From Octopus sinensis (lineage: Eukaryota), in NCBI RefSeq assembly GCF_006345805.1, contig NC_042998.1, forward strand, positions 94,860,001-94,924,000: a stretch of 64,000 bases of DNA, in the 5' to 3' direction. The position numbers and the translations under genes were made by a program. Below the pieces are notes generated by a model. It did no database searches. It saw only the letters and a program-made list of their open reading frames with translations, and was not told where the DNA came from. This document shows positions 37,450-49,389 of this stretch, piece after piece. Within the stretch, counting starts at the first letter, position 1. Each line of letters opens with the position of its first letter.

Positions 37450-38180
37450 CAAAGCATAATAATGAGAACTGTTTGTTTATTGTAGCCTTTTAATGCCTTA
37501 GGATTTTGAGCTCAATATACGAGTAAAGGATTTAATTTAAAATTTCCTTCAGCATTGCCTTGAAGTATAATTGTAAAGCAATCTTTTCATATATCATATA
37601 TCCAGGATATGATGTTTCATGCTTTGTCAAAAAATTTCTGGATGGAAATTTTCTTCTAGTAAAGGCCAGTGTCATGCACACTGAAAATATAACAATAATC
37701 ATCATAATTTTCTTCAATTATTTTTGAAATTCAACAGGAAATTTAAAGGAGGTGTCTTTATCTGTGTTTGCAATATCTACTGTTATTTTGACATTTTTCG
37801 ATCCAAATCTAGATTTAGAGTTTTCAAACCACCCACTTCTTTTGTTTGCTGTGAACATTACATTGTCCTCTTTGAATACACTTCTTTAAGATGGGAAAAC
37901 AAGCTAAGAGCTTTATGCATGATTATTATTTGTATCATTTGGAATCCATTTCTGATAATAATCTAGCCAAACAGCTAAAAGATCTTCCATCTCAATCATT
38001 ACAGCACATTCATTTCATGAATATTGTATGCTCAAAGATATAGATAAAGTTTTACCTAAATTATATTACTGGTCTTACTTTGCCAATACATTTCAGACAT
38101 CTTACTTGCCATATCCTAAATTATTTCCAATTTTTGCTGTGCATTTTTCATAATAGAATCTTTCAATAATTCCAAATAAA
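37450..38180 (-). pseudogene. Degenerate Tigger/pogo transposase (CENP-B-type HTH and start of the DDE domain)
   Basis: Frameshift-corrected reading: MEDLLAVWLDYYQKWIP...MHKALSLFSHLK...FTAN..SGWFENSKSRFG..NVKIT...FPVEFQK...IFSVHDTGL...FPSRNFLTK...ILQGNAEGNFKLNPLLVY*AQNPKALK, matching the Tigger consensus. Confidence 0.8.
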
Positions 38181-38617
38181 TATTTAATGACTAAATTAAT
38201 AACATTTTAACATTTTTGTGCACACACACACATACACACTCACATACATCTTTCTCACATATACACACATGCATGTGCACCTTCTCCTGTTGGGATCACT
38301 AGCACTATTATTATCTCCCTTTCATTCAACCCCTTTTTTAAAAATTATTATCTCCTCTTCTTTCAACCTCTTTTTTTTCCAAACATTCACCATGCTGGAC
38401 TGTTGAACTCTACACATTTTTTTCATTTTCTCTTTTTGTTTCCTCTTATTACTTTCTGTTGAAGAGGGTAGGCTTGAAATGTAAAAGACCTTTTTCATTT
38501 TCCTGAGCGTCAAACTAATACGCCTGCCTGTTGTTCATGTATCTGTCTTTGTCTTTTGTTTTTCTGTAAATTTCAACTATATATATACACACACATGTAC
38601 ATACATATACATATGTG

Positions 38618-38667
<50 letters not shown>

Positions 38668-38689
38668 ATCATATATACAAAATACATCC

Positions 38690-38870
38690 ATATGGCTGAG
38701 TGGTAAAGAAGTTTGCTTCCAAATCATGTGGTTTTGAGTTCAGTCCCACTGAAAGGTCCCTTAGGCATGTATCCTATAGCTCCTGGACAACTAATGCCTT
38801 GCTAGTGAATTTAGTAGATGAAAACTGTATGGAAGCCCAATCTGTGTGTAAGTATCATAATCCTCATCAT
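38690..38870 (+). mobile_element. SINE fragment (family of 19152)
   Basis: ATGGCTGAGTGGTAAAGAAGTTTGCTTCC...GAGTTCAGTCCCACTG. Confidence 0.7.
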
Positions 38871-39054
38871 TGTTGTTGTCTTACAACAATTTTCTATGAT
38901 GGTTACTATAGTCAGGGCCACCTCATATTTGTGGGTATTGTTCACCGAGATGGATTATTGGAGGGCCACATATTGTTTGTGTGTTTCAGTTTCGGCTTGG
39001 TTTCTATGACTGGATGCACTCCTAGCATCTAATACCAGCACTAGAGGAGTTGAT

Positions 39055-39290
39055 ATCATCATCATCATCGTTTAACGTCCGCTTTCCGCGCTAGCACGGG
39101 TTGGACGGTTCAACCGGGTCTGGGAAGCCAGGGGCCGCTCCAGGCTCCAGTCTGAATCTGGCAGAGTTTCTACGGCTGGATGCCCTTCCTAACGCCAACC
39201 ACTCCGTGAGTGGATTGGGTGCTTTTTACGTGCCACCTGCACAGGGGCCGGAGGGTCCAGCATCGTCACGATCGGTTCGAGCATGGTAAC
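39055..39290 (-). mobile_element. Young RTE 3' core
   Basis: CpG-intact reverse-complement core with the terminal hairpin variant CCGTG-CTAG-CGCGG. Confidence 0.85.
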
Positions 39291-40254
39291 ACTAAAAGGT
39301 CCTCACAAACTCACATTTTCAGAATATACTGAGTGCACTTTGTGACATTTCCCTTTCATGCATCTTGCTCTGTAAAAAGGTTGACAAGAGACGAGACACA
39401 TGGGGATTCTGTTAGTCAAATAAAGAGGTGCCTACCTCTCCAGTACAGGTGACACAAAAGTGTACCCAGTACATTCTGTTAAATGTGAGTTTGTGAGAAC
39501 CCTTTAGTGATGCCAAAGATATGCCAACCCTTCTAGTGCTGGTGCCACAAAAAGTACCCAGTACACTCCGCAAAATGCATCCAGTCATAGAATCCAAACC
39601 AAAAATGAAACACACAAAGTTAGGGTTACTCAGACTCCTGGGATATACATATAGTCTGTGATGTGTGTGTGTCATAGTCACTAGTGCTGGTTTGTTTGCA
39701 TTATCATTACTGTTTGGCAAAAATAGATCAATAAAACATATACCAAACTTTAATTCAATATTGATTCACTTATTCCTTCATGGTAGTGTTTCAGCATGGC
39801 TGCACTCCAATGATTGAAACAAGTAAAAAAATAAAAGTGCACACACATACACACATTCATATATATGTATGTATGTATGGCTGTGAAGTTAAGCAGTTTT
39901 TTTTTCTAATATGATTTTGGTTTTATTCCATTAAGTGGCACCTTGGGCAAATCTTATACTACAGAACTGGGCTGACCAAAGCCTTGTGAGTGAATTTGGT
40001 AGACAAAAACCAAAGAAGGGCCATTGAATGTGTATGTGTTTTTCTTGTATTGATATCATGAGATAATTCTAAGTTTCACCATCATACAAGTAGTGTTGTT
40101 CATTTCTAATCTTTCTTGAAAACATGGGGGAATATTACCTTATTTGGAAATAGGAGAGGGTAAGCATTAGAAAGATGTCCACACATAGAAATTCCATCTG
40201 GTTTGTGCAAACACAGAAAAGTGGACCATTAAAATGATTATATATATATATTTA

Positions 40255-40500
40255 TAGGGAGAATTCACAAAAAAAAAGATGAAGACAGGTGGGGTAAACA
40301 AGCAGATGTATTAGTATAATGCTCAGAAAGTGAAAAAGTCTTTAACGTTTCGAGCCTACGCTCTTCTACAGAAAAGAACACAGAAAGAAACAAGTAGAGA
40401 AAATAAAGAATGTGTAGTGGCTAACGATCTATCATGGCGAATGCCAGACAGAAGGGTCATACAGGAGAGCTAGGGAGAAGGGGAGATAATAAAGTGGTGA
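40255..40500 (-). mobile_element. Probable Penelope-like terminal-repeat fragment
   Basis: Contains a hammerhead-like motif of the architecture typical for PLE terminal repeats; no ORF. Confidence 0.45.
40340..40375 (-). ncRNA. Minimal type I hammerhead-like motif (A6 replaced by U)
   Basis: Minus strand: TTTT-CTGTAGA-A-GAGC-GTAG-GCTC-GAAAC-GTT-AAAG. 4-bp stem II, palindromic ACGT for a dimeric stem III. Confidence 0.5.
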
Positions 40501-40504
40501 GATT

Positions 40505-40860
40505 GGACGGTTTGACATGGAGTTGGCTAACAGGGAGCTGTCCAGACTTCAACTGTCAGTTGTGGCATGGTTTCAACAGCTGGGTACCCTTCCTAATGCC
40601 AACCACTTAACAGAGTGTGCTGGGTGCTTTTTACATGCCACAGGATTGAGTGCATTTATGCAACACCGGCACAGGTGCGTTAATCAGCACGGGTACTTTT
40701 TAAGTGGCACCAGCACCTGAAAGGACAAGCCTGTATGTGTGGAAGACAGTGATTTTACAGAGCTTGACATGTCTTATCCAGTACAGCAAATTGCCACACC
40801 TCCCGGTCCCTCGTCATTTCCTCAGTGAGGCCTAGCATCCAAAGATCCTTTCTCACCACT
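40505..40860 (-). mobile_element. RTE 3' end, decayed
   Basis: CAGCTGGGTACCCTTCCTAATGCCAACCAC and unit remnants. Confidence 0.7.
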
Positions 40861-41077
40861 TTGTCTCATGTCTTCTAAGATCTACCCCTTCCACAGGTAC
40901 CTACCACAATTAGAGTTCAGAACTTCTTTATGCAGCTGTTCTCATCCATATGCATCACATGACTAAACCAGCACAGTCTTATTATTTAAAACAGTTTGAA
41001 TCAGCTCCATGTGACTTAAAATTTTGCAGGCTTCTTATAGAAACCCAGCTCATTTAGGCTCAGTAATCGATTACCTA

Positions 41078-41385
41078 GTGGAGGCATATGGCCTAGTGGT
41101 TAGAGCAGTGGGCTCATAGTTGAGAGATTGCAGGTTTGAATCTCAGAACAAGAGATGAGTATGTTTATCAGTGAAACTCCTAATCTTCATATACCTCTGG
41201 CAGAAGGTAATTGCGAAATTCTGCTGACTCACTTGCCACAACTTTCTCTTACTCTTTCCTCCTGCATCTAGCAGCTCATCTGCAATAGACTGGTGTCCTA
41301 TCCAGATGGGAAACCTACACCCCAATGAAACCAAAAAACCAGCACTTTTGAGCCAGGCATGACTTGAGAAGGAACAAACAACAAT
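41078..41385 (+). mobile_element. tRNA-derived SINE with V-domain-like segment
   Basis: GGAGGCATATGGCCTAGTGGTTAGAGCAG...GGTTTGAATCTC head; CTGCAATAGACTGGTGTCCTATCCAG resembles the V-SINE motif CTGCGATGGACTGGCGxCCxGTCCAG; AAC-type tail. Confidence 0.6.
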
Positions 41386-42569
41386 CGATTACTTAGCCTA
41401 GATGAGCAAGATTTCTGTGAGAAGCCTATGGAATTTTAAGGCATAAGTAGCCAAATCAAACCAATACCCATGCCCACAAACAGATAGAGATAATGTAATA
41501 TGAATTACAGGCTATCTATTAATATCATTAGTTCCATAAAAGCACTTCATCAGTCCTCATATTTCAACCATGTTTTGAAATATGTTGAAATAAATTATAT
41601 GTTTCTGTTTCTGCAGCCATTTAGGTTTATAACTTTAAGGTGGCTGAGATAAGATATTCTCCCTTAAATGTCTAGATATTACTGAACAAGCTTAATGACA
41701 ACAATACTATTATTCTATTATTGCAGGGTAGTGGTTTTCTTAATATTAAAGTTATTTAAAATCTTGCTAATCCTATTTCAGACTTAGCTGGGTTAATCAG
41801 CCTACATTTAGAGCTAGTTGTGAAATTATCTTTATGGCTCTTAACTGTGATAAATACTTGGCACTTACTTAAGACTTCTAGTCTGCTGTCTCATTCCTGA
41901 GTTTTTGCTATTATTTTTTCACTTTGCTCTTTCTTTGTTATAATACATATATATATATATATATGGGTGTTTGTTTTCATGCGGTTTTGTGTAATATTAC
42001 TGAGCATCAAAAATAAGTAAATCTCTAGTTTTACTCAATTTCACATGACTGATACCTATAGCCTAGAATTTGTCAAGAACTACAATAATACAAATAATAG
42101 CATAATAAAGACCATAGCATGTTAGGAAGCCCCTACTTTTCTTATAAATATTTTTGCCTAGAAAAAAGATAAGTCATCTGCCAACTATAAATATAGAAAG
42201 TTTTTTTAACATGGACAACCTTAAATTAAGCTACAGTTATGCCAACAATATGAAAAACCTATCACACGACCACTAATAAAACTGCAGAATGTTCATGAAG
42301 AAACACCAATGCATGCACATTAAATAAATACTACAATGCAAATGCCATAATTTCTGAAGGAGGTGTTACCATTGTAAAAACCAAACCTCATTATGGCATG
42401 GAAATAATACATAAGCATGACTAATAGGAAGTTCAAGCAAAGATTTAAAAAATCTACAGTCATGTGTTTTCTTTTGAATAATGGAAAGAGAAAGGCAGAA
42501 AAGGAAAAGAAAAATAGCTGACTACATTAGGGGTGCATCAGGGATGGATACTGTTCCCCTTTATGTTCC

Positions 42570-42770
42570 TTCTTAGGACTGTACTAAGAATTTCTATGAG
42601 TGACCACGTCACAAATGAAAAAGTTACAGAGAGGGCCAGCATGAGTAACTTGCAGAAGAGCATCACAAGGAGATGGTGGAAGATGATCTGAGCTATGCAT
42701 ACCCATAAAAAGACCAATGTCAACCTCTTTCAGAACAAATACAAGGCTTTTCATCCACTGCCCTTAACAT
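42570..42770 (+). mobile_element. Degenerate RTE-type ORF2 C-terminal fragment
   Basis: LRTVLRISMSDHVTNEKVTERASM...ITRRWW resembles LRRILRISWxDHVTNEEVLERA...RRRW. Confidence 0.65.
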
Positions 42771-43169
42771 AGTTGAAAATATATACTCTGTAACTTCTTC
42801 ATTTAGCCACCATATAGAGAAATTAGAGAAAGCATTCACAAAGGAAATCATAAAAGTCATAGACTTTAACGATTGAGAAAGTATTTGTGCATTATGTCTC
42901 TACTTTTTGGAATGTCAGTAAGAACTATATGCCATAATATATATATGCGTGTGTGTGTGTGGAAGACAGATTTATGAAAATTGCATGCCAAACTTTAGCA
43001 TACAAGATAAGAAAAGTAATGAAAGTCACTGTCAGATCTGAATATTCTTTTACTTAAACACCTACATCAGGTATCTATACAGTAACACTTCTGTGTTTAA
43101 AGGACTTCAACTTTATAAAATTTCTCCCAAAAGGATTTGAAAACATGACAAAAGTCTTCTGGCACTGCA

Positions 43170-43382
43170 TGTGAAGCACTGGTGCTGGTGCCATGTATAA
43201 AGCACCCAATGCACTCTGTAAAATGGTTGGCATTATGAAAGGCATCTAGCTGTAAAAACCATATCAAAACAGACAAATGGAGCCTGGTGCAGCTCTCTGG
43301 CTTGCAAGTTCCTGTCAAACCATCCAAACCATATCAACATAGAAAACAGATGCTATGCAATGATGATGATGATGATGATGAT
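43170..43382 (+). mobile_element. RTE 3' core
   Basis: Core plus (GAT)n. Confidence 0.8.
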
Positions 43383-43828
43383 ATCTACATACAATGTTCT
43401 CTAAAATACCAGATCAGATATCTGCAAAAGACAACAACCAAAGCCCTGGACCTGCCAGCAGTTTGTTGATCAAACAACTAGAGAAAAACCCACACAAACT
43501 CATACACACAAACACACACACACATACACACACACACAAGATTCCTATGCAGAAACGATAAAAAACCCGCTAAAGGTGATGTTCCAGTATGGTCTTAGGT
43601 GAGATAACTGTAACATACTGAAGAACTAAAGGACATTACATACATGAGTAGCCACAGACACACACACATATCCAATCCAAACAAGAATCAAAACCTTAAT
43701 CTTCAGTTACGAAATATTTGGTGATTAAAACCTCCTAGATTTTATTGATTAGAGGGAAGTATTTTAGATGAAGGATAATGGAAGTTACTTAATGTTGTTC
43801 TGTATAGGATTGAAAGACTGCAGGCATC

Positions 43829-43864
<36 letters not shown>

Positions 43865-44096
43865 TAATATATTATGTATATATACATTTAGATTGGCTGT
43901 CAGAAGCAAAAGTACTCACAGCTATAGTTGAGATTAATTATATTTATATTTTAGTTGAATCACTTGCTTATTTCTCTGAGTTTTTGACTGTTATGACATA
44001 ACTTGCTTGATGACACTGAGAACACAGAATAACAAGATCTCCAGAATAGCAAGAAACCGACTCCCACATCACCCAAATAAATATATATATATACAT

Positions 44097-44131
<35 letters not shown>

Positions 44132-44133
<2 letters not shown>

Positions 44134-44360
44134 AGGCGGCCAGCTGGCAGAATCGTTAGCACGCCGGGCGAAATGCGAAGCCGTATTTCGTCTGTCGCTA
44201 CGTTCTGAGTTCAAATTCCGCCGAGGTCGACTTTGCCTTTCATCCTTTCGGGGTCGATAAATTAAGTACCAGTTATGCACTGGGGTCGATGTAATCGACT
44301 TAACCCCTTTGTCTGTCCTTGTTTGTCCCCTCTGTGTTTAGCCCCTTGTGGGTAGTAAAG

Positions 44361-44364
<4 letters not shown>
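44132..44364 (+). mobile_element. Young full-length tRNA-derived SINE inside (TA)n
   Basis: Nearly identical to 29123-29357; (TA)n on both sides. Confidence 0.93.
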
Positions 44365-44391
<27 letters not shown>

Positions 44392-44396
<5 letters not shown>

Positions 44397-46433
44397 AAGT
44401 TCCTTGAGAGAAAAGCTGAACCTAAGAAGCGTCAGTTGTGGCGTGCAAGAGAGACGGCTGCGCTGGTATGGTCATGTGACAAGAAAGGCTGAAGATAGTT
44501 GTGTGCAAAAGTGCTACACCCTAGCAGTGGAGGGAACCTGTGGAAGAGGTAGACCCAGGAAAACCTGGGACGAGGTGGTGAAGCACGACCTTCGAACTTT
44601 AGGTCTCACTAAGGAAATGTCTAGAGACCGAGACCTATGGAAGTATGCTGTGCATGAGAAGACCCGGCAAGACTAGTCAGGCCATAACCCGTGGCCCCGA
44701 CCTGGGACGTAGTCAGTCCTGTGCATACCTTCCTTCTTGTGACATTATGAAGACCTGTTGAGGCAAGTGAAAATCAAAATCAAATCAAAACAAACAAAAT
44801 AGATGAACATCAGTGGAATTGTATTCTTTGTGGACCAGTGCCGGTGGCACCAGAAAAACCACCCAAATGTGGCCGTAACCAGTACCGCATCGACTGGCCT
44901 CCGTGCTGTGGGCACAACAAACACCATCCGATCGTGTGGCCGTTCGCCAGCCTCATCTGGCACCTGTGCCGGTGGCACATAAAGACACCATCCGAAGACC
45001 CGGCGACGTAGTCAGTCCACCTGTGCATACCTTCCCTCTTATGACACTTGTGAAGACCTGTTGAGGCAAGTGTGTGACACTTGTGAAGACCTGTTGAGGC
45101 AAGTGAAAATCAAATCAAAATCAAATCAAACCAAATCAATCAAAATAGATGAATATCAATGGAATTTGTATCTTTGTGGTTCCAGTACCGGTGGCACACA
45201 GAAAACCATCCGAAGTGGCCGTAGCTGGTACCGCATCGACTGGCCTCCGTGCTGTGGGCACAACAAACACCATCTGATCGGCCGTTCGCCAGCCTCACCT
45301 GGCACCTGTGTCGGTGGCACATAAAAACACCATCCAAAGACCCGGCGACGTAGTCAGCCACCTGTGCATACCTTCCCTCTTATGACACTTGTGAAGACCT
45401 GTTGAGGCAGAGGCAAGTGTGTGACACTTTGTGAAGACCTGTTGAGGCAGAGGCAAGTGTGTGACACTTGTGGAGACCTGTTGAGGCAAGTGTGTGACAC
45501 GCGTGACACTTGTGAAGACCTGTTGAGGCAAGTGAAAATCAAACCAAATCAAAATAGATGAACATCAATGGAATTTGTATCTTTGTGGTTCCAGTACCGG
45601 TGGCACACAAGAAAAGAAAACCATCCGATCGTGGCCGTTCGCCAGCCACATCTGGCACCTGTGTCGGTGGCACATAAAGACACCATCCGAAGACCCGGCG
45701 ACGTAGACAGTCCACCTGTGCATACCTTCCTTCTTGTGACACTTGTGAAGACCTGTTGAGGCAAGTGACACTTGTGAAGACCTGTTGAGGCAAGTGAAAA
45801 TCAAATCAAATCAAATCAAAACAAATCAAAATAGATGAACATAAATGGAATTTGTATCTTTGTGGTACCAGTGCCGGTGGCACACAAGAAAATCATCCGA
45901 ACGTGGCCGTAGCCAGTACCGCATAGACTGGCCTCCGTGCTTTGGGGACGTAACAAACACCATCCGATCGTGGCGTCCGCCAGCCTCATCTGGCACCTGT
46001 GTCGGTGGCACATAAAAACACCATCCGAGCGTGGGCGTCTGCCAGCCTCATCTGGCACCTGTGTCGGTGGCACATAAAAACACCATCGAGCGTGGCCGTC
46101 TGCCAGCCTCGTCTGGCACCTGTGTCGGTGGCACATAAAAACACCATCCGAGCGTGGCCGTTCGCCAGCCTCGTCTGGCACCTGTGTCGGTGGTGGCACA
46201 TAAAATCACCCACTACACTCTCGGAGTGGTTGGCGTTAGGAAGGGCATCCAGCTGTAGAAACACTGCCAGATCTGACTGGCCTGGTGCAGCCTCGGGCTC
46301 CCCAGACCCCAGTTGAACCGTCCAACCCATGCTAGCATGGAAAACGGACGCTAAATGATGATGATGATGATGATGATATATGTATATATATGGAAAAACG
46401 GACGCTAAATGATGATGATGATGATGATGATGA

Positions 46434-46435
<2 letters not shown>
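44392..46435 (+). mobile_element. Young 5'-truncated RTE LINE with a tandemly expanded ~1.7-kb 3'UTR
   Basis: Open frame REKLNLR...RRLRWYGHVTRK...GTCGRGRPRKTWDEVV...RDRDLWKYAV...* (44404-44676), four ~300-350-bp modules, ~60-nt units, the core and a duplicated (GAT)n tail. Confidence 0.93.
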
Positions 46436-46473
<38 letters not shown>

Positions 46474-46759
46474 TGTATATATGTTGTTCATTTATTTTTC
46501 TTTCCTCTTTTTCTGTTTTTCCCCTGCACTGAATTTTATTACACACACACACTCATATATGCATGCATGTATTACTATATGAAGCTGGCACTCAAACATG
46601 GTCTTAACTATGATTGCTAAAACAAACTAAATAGCACGCATGTGTGTGTATGTGTGTGTGAGTGTGTGTGGTGTGTATGTTTTATTGAAATGAAGTTACT
46701 ACAGAAAGAGTTGTAGCACAACTGATCTCTAAGAGAATTAGCCTAGATGAGATGCAGTT

Positions 46760-47900
46760 TGGCTTTGTGCCAATGAGAGATAATACTGATGGCATTTTCT
46801 TAGTGAGACAGCTGCAAAAGAAGTATTTAGCTATAAGCTGCAGTATCTAGCATTTGTTGACCTGGTGAAGGCTTCTAATAAGGTTTAACACTTTGTAATC
46901 TGGTTGTCACTAAGAAAACTAGGGGCAACCAAATGGCTTGTGGAGGCCAACGAAGCGACATATAGACATGTAGTTAGCCAAGTGAAAGTTAGCAATGAGT
47001 GCAGCGATGAATTCTGTGTGAAGGTGGGATGTCCATCAGGAAGCAGTTCTTCATCCTTTCTGCTTGTTACAGTTCTTCAGGCTATAACAGGAGTGCTTAA
47101 GACTGTCTGTCTGTGGAAACACTTGTAAGCTGATGACCTTTGTAGTAATCAGCTGAATCTGTAGTAGATTTTGAAGAGAAATTCCAGACTTAGCAGCTAA
47201 ACCTGGAACTAATAGGCCTCAAATTAAGCTTATCAAAGTCTAGAGTTTTAGCAAATATGAAAGATAAGACCCTGAAGCCATCAGGGAAATGGTCTGCTTG
47301 ATATCCTGAAGGTGGGTAGGTAGAAGCTTCATGTGATGTGTCCAGTCTAAACTATGGATACACAAGAGGCAGGCAGGCAAACAAAGATGGCAGACTACAT
47401 ATACAGTAGATGCACAGGTGCAGAAGGCACTAAGAGCACACAGGAAACAGATTCTCTCAAATGCCTGGGCAGCTCCCCAGAAGTAGTTAGTTGGTAGTTT
47501 TTGTTACTTTAGGTGATCTAATTAGCAGTGGAAACTACCTCTGCTCGTAACAACAGGTTTGTTTCTCAGAGTGAAGAGCAGAGTGTAAGACACTTATGTA
47601 TAAACTGTAGTGCTGCATGGTAGTGAAATATGAACCTTGAACCTGGTGGGTTTGCAAGGACAAGAAAGAAATGAAGCAAGCCTGTTCTGCTAAATGTATA
47701 ATGTTATTGTAAATGAATAATGAAGCACAAATAGAGAGAAATACTGAATATTATAGAATTGGTTGTAGTGTGTGAGAGAGAAGACTGTGATGCTATGGAT
47801 ATATTATATGCAAACAAAATGATAATGGAGTAAAACAGTGCAGGGCACTCAGAATGCTGTGCTATGTGAAGATGACAAAGGAGTGTGACAGTTTGTGACA
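46760..47900 (+). mobile_element. Degenerate RTE reverse-transcriptase fragment
   Basis: IFLVRQLQKKYLA...FVDLVKASNKV...RKLGATKWLVEA...VKVSNECSDEFCVKVG...LQAITGVLKTVCLWKHL*ADDL. Confidence 0.85.
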
Positions 47901-48519
47901 AGCAATGCTGGGGAAGAACCAGCTACCTGAGTATGATGCAGCAAACATTAAAATAATAGTAGTAATGGAGGCTTGGATACCCAATATATCCTTGTAAATC
48001 TGCCATCAGCTGCTCCTTGCCTTCATTTAAGCCAATGTTTAACCTACTCTTGTTAAACCTCTATCAGCACTGTGCTAACTCATCTTTATAACTAATCTCT
48101 TTGCCACCCACTCTCTCCTTCTCCCTGCTACCTCACCTGCCTTCTTTCTTATCCACAGAATCTTCACTCCCTTTCTCCCATCATGCTCTCTGATACCCTC
48201 TCATCCCTCTATTCACTAACCTCTATCACACTCACCCTCTCACTCTCACTCAATTCACTATTTCTCCTATCCATTATTTCCTAGCCCCATCATACTCTCA
48301 CTCCTTACTCTCTTGTCTATTCTTGATCAAGCTGCTTTGAATGAATGGAAAAACCACAAAGTAGTGACAACTCTTTATTCTTGTGGATTTCAAGTGTAGC
48401 AGGGATTCAAAACTGAATCCAGGGATATGCAGCTAGACATCACAAGCAAACCACAACAGTTTCATATGATTGGTCTATTAAGCAGTCAGCGTTAAGCCAT
48501 CATATAATTTAATCGTCTA

Positions 48520-48900
48520 GAATTTTCTTTTTGCACCCTATAAAAGGCCACTTTTGGCAGTAATCAACTGCAGAATGTTGAGGCAGCTGAGCAAGATGTG
48601 TCTCAATGCCACATCAGACGATCCACAAAGATGGATCAGGCAGATTACCAAGAACCTATGTAGCCATGAATATAGCACAATTGTTTCCAGTTATGTCGGC
48701 CAAGCCACATGTTGCTGTATCAACAGTTTGTCATAAACTCCAAGCAGTATCTCACTCCCAGTATGTAATTATTGCTGTTGTTATCTGTAAAAGGCCAATG
48801 CAGTTTGACTTTATGTGCGATAATAAAATCTGCTAAATGTTTGCGGATGCTGGTCAGTTATTTCTTTAAGCAACATACTTCTATTCATCAACTCAGCCAC
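48520..48900 (+). mobile_element. Possible Tc1-like transposase 5' remnant
   Basis: TATAAAAGGCCAC leader and VAVSTVCHKLQAV resembling the Tc1 HTH segment VSxxTVRRRL; weak. Confidence 0.35.
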
Positions 48901-49389
48901 TCACACGTCCAACAAACGTCCAAGCAACACAATTAAATTCAGTAATGCTGGTGTCTTGATAAAATGTAGCTAGTGCACTCTGTAAAATGATAAACAACCA
49001 AGAAGAGATAATGCCAGGTTGAGAGGACACTTTTGTATATCTGAAGACATGACTGTCTCTCCAGTGCTGGTGCCACAATATGATGCGCTCTATATAGAGG
49101 TTGGTGTTAGGAAGGGCATCAAAACCCTGCCAAATTAAAACGTTTGAGTGGGATGAGACCATCTGATTCATTCAAGAGGGCACTAACACCAAATAACAAC
49201 TAGTTCAAATCATGACAACTTGCTCAACGCTGATCAGCATGGTAAGTAGATGTGAAAGTGATATTGGTAATGAGGACAATACACAAACAAACTCAGACAT
49301 ATATGAATACATATAAGAACAAATATCAATATGCGGAAATACTTCCACCCGTCCCCTGCCCCCATTTTCTACCAAATTTGTTTATCTAA

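Noticed and set aside
37532-37717. ORF MKKIMMIIVIFSVCMTLAF... that looks like a secreted peptide precursor
   Set aside because: It is a frameshifted reading of the decayed Tigger transposase; DDE-domain motifs appear in this and adjacent frames.
45960-46200. Regularly spaced ~60-nt units resembling a CRISPR array
   Set aside because: The spacers are homologous to each other, the context is a eukaryotic LINE 3'UTR, and there are no cas genes.
46335-46445. Duplicated RTE tail
   Set aside because: A short local duplication in low-complexity DNA; slippage or assembly error is the simplest explanation.
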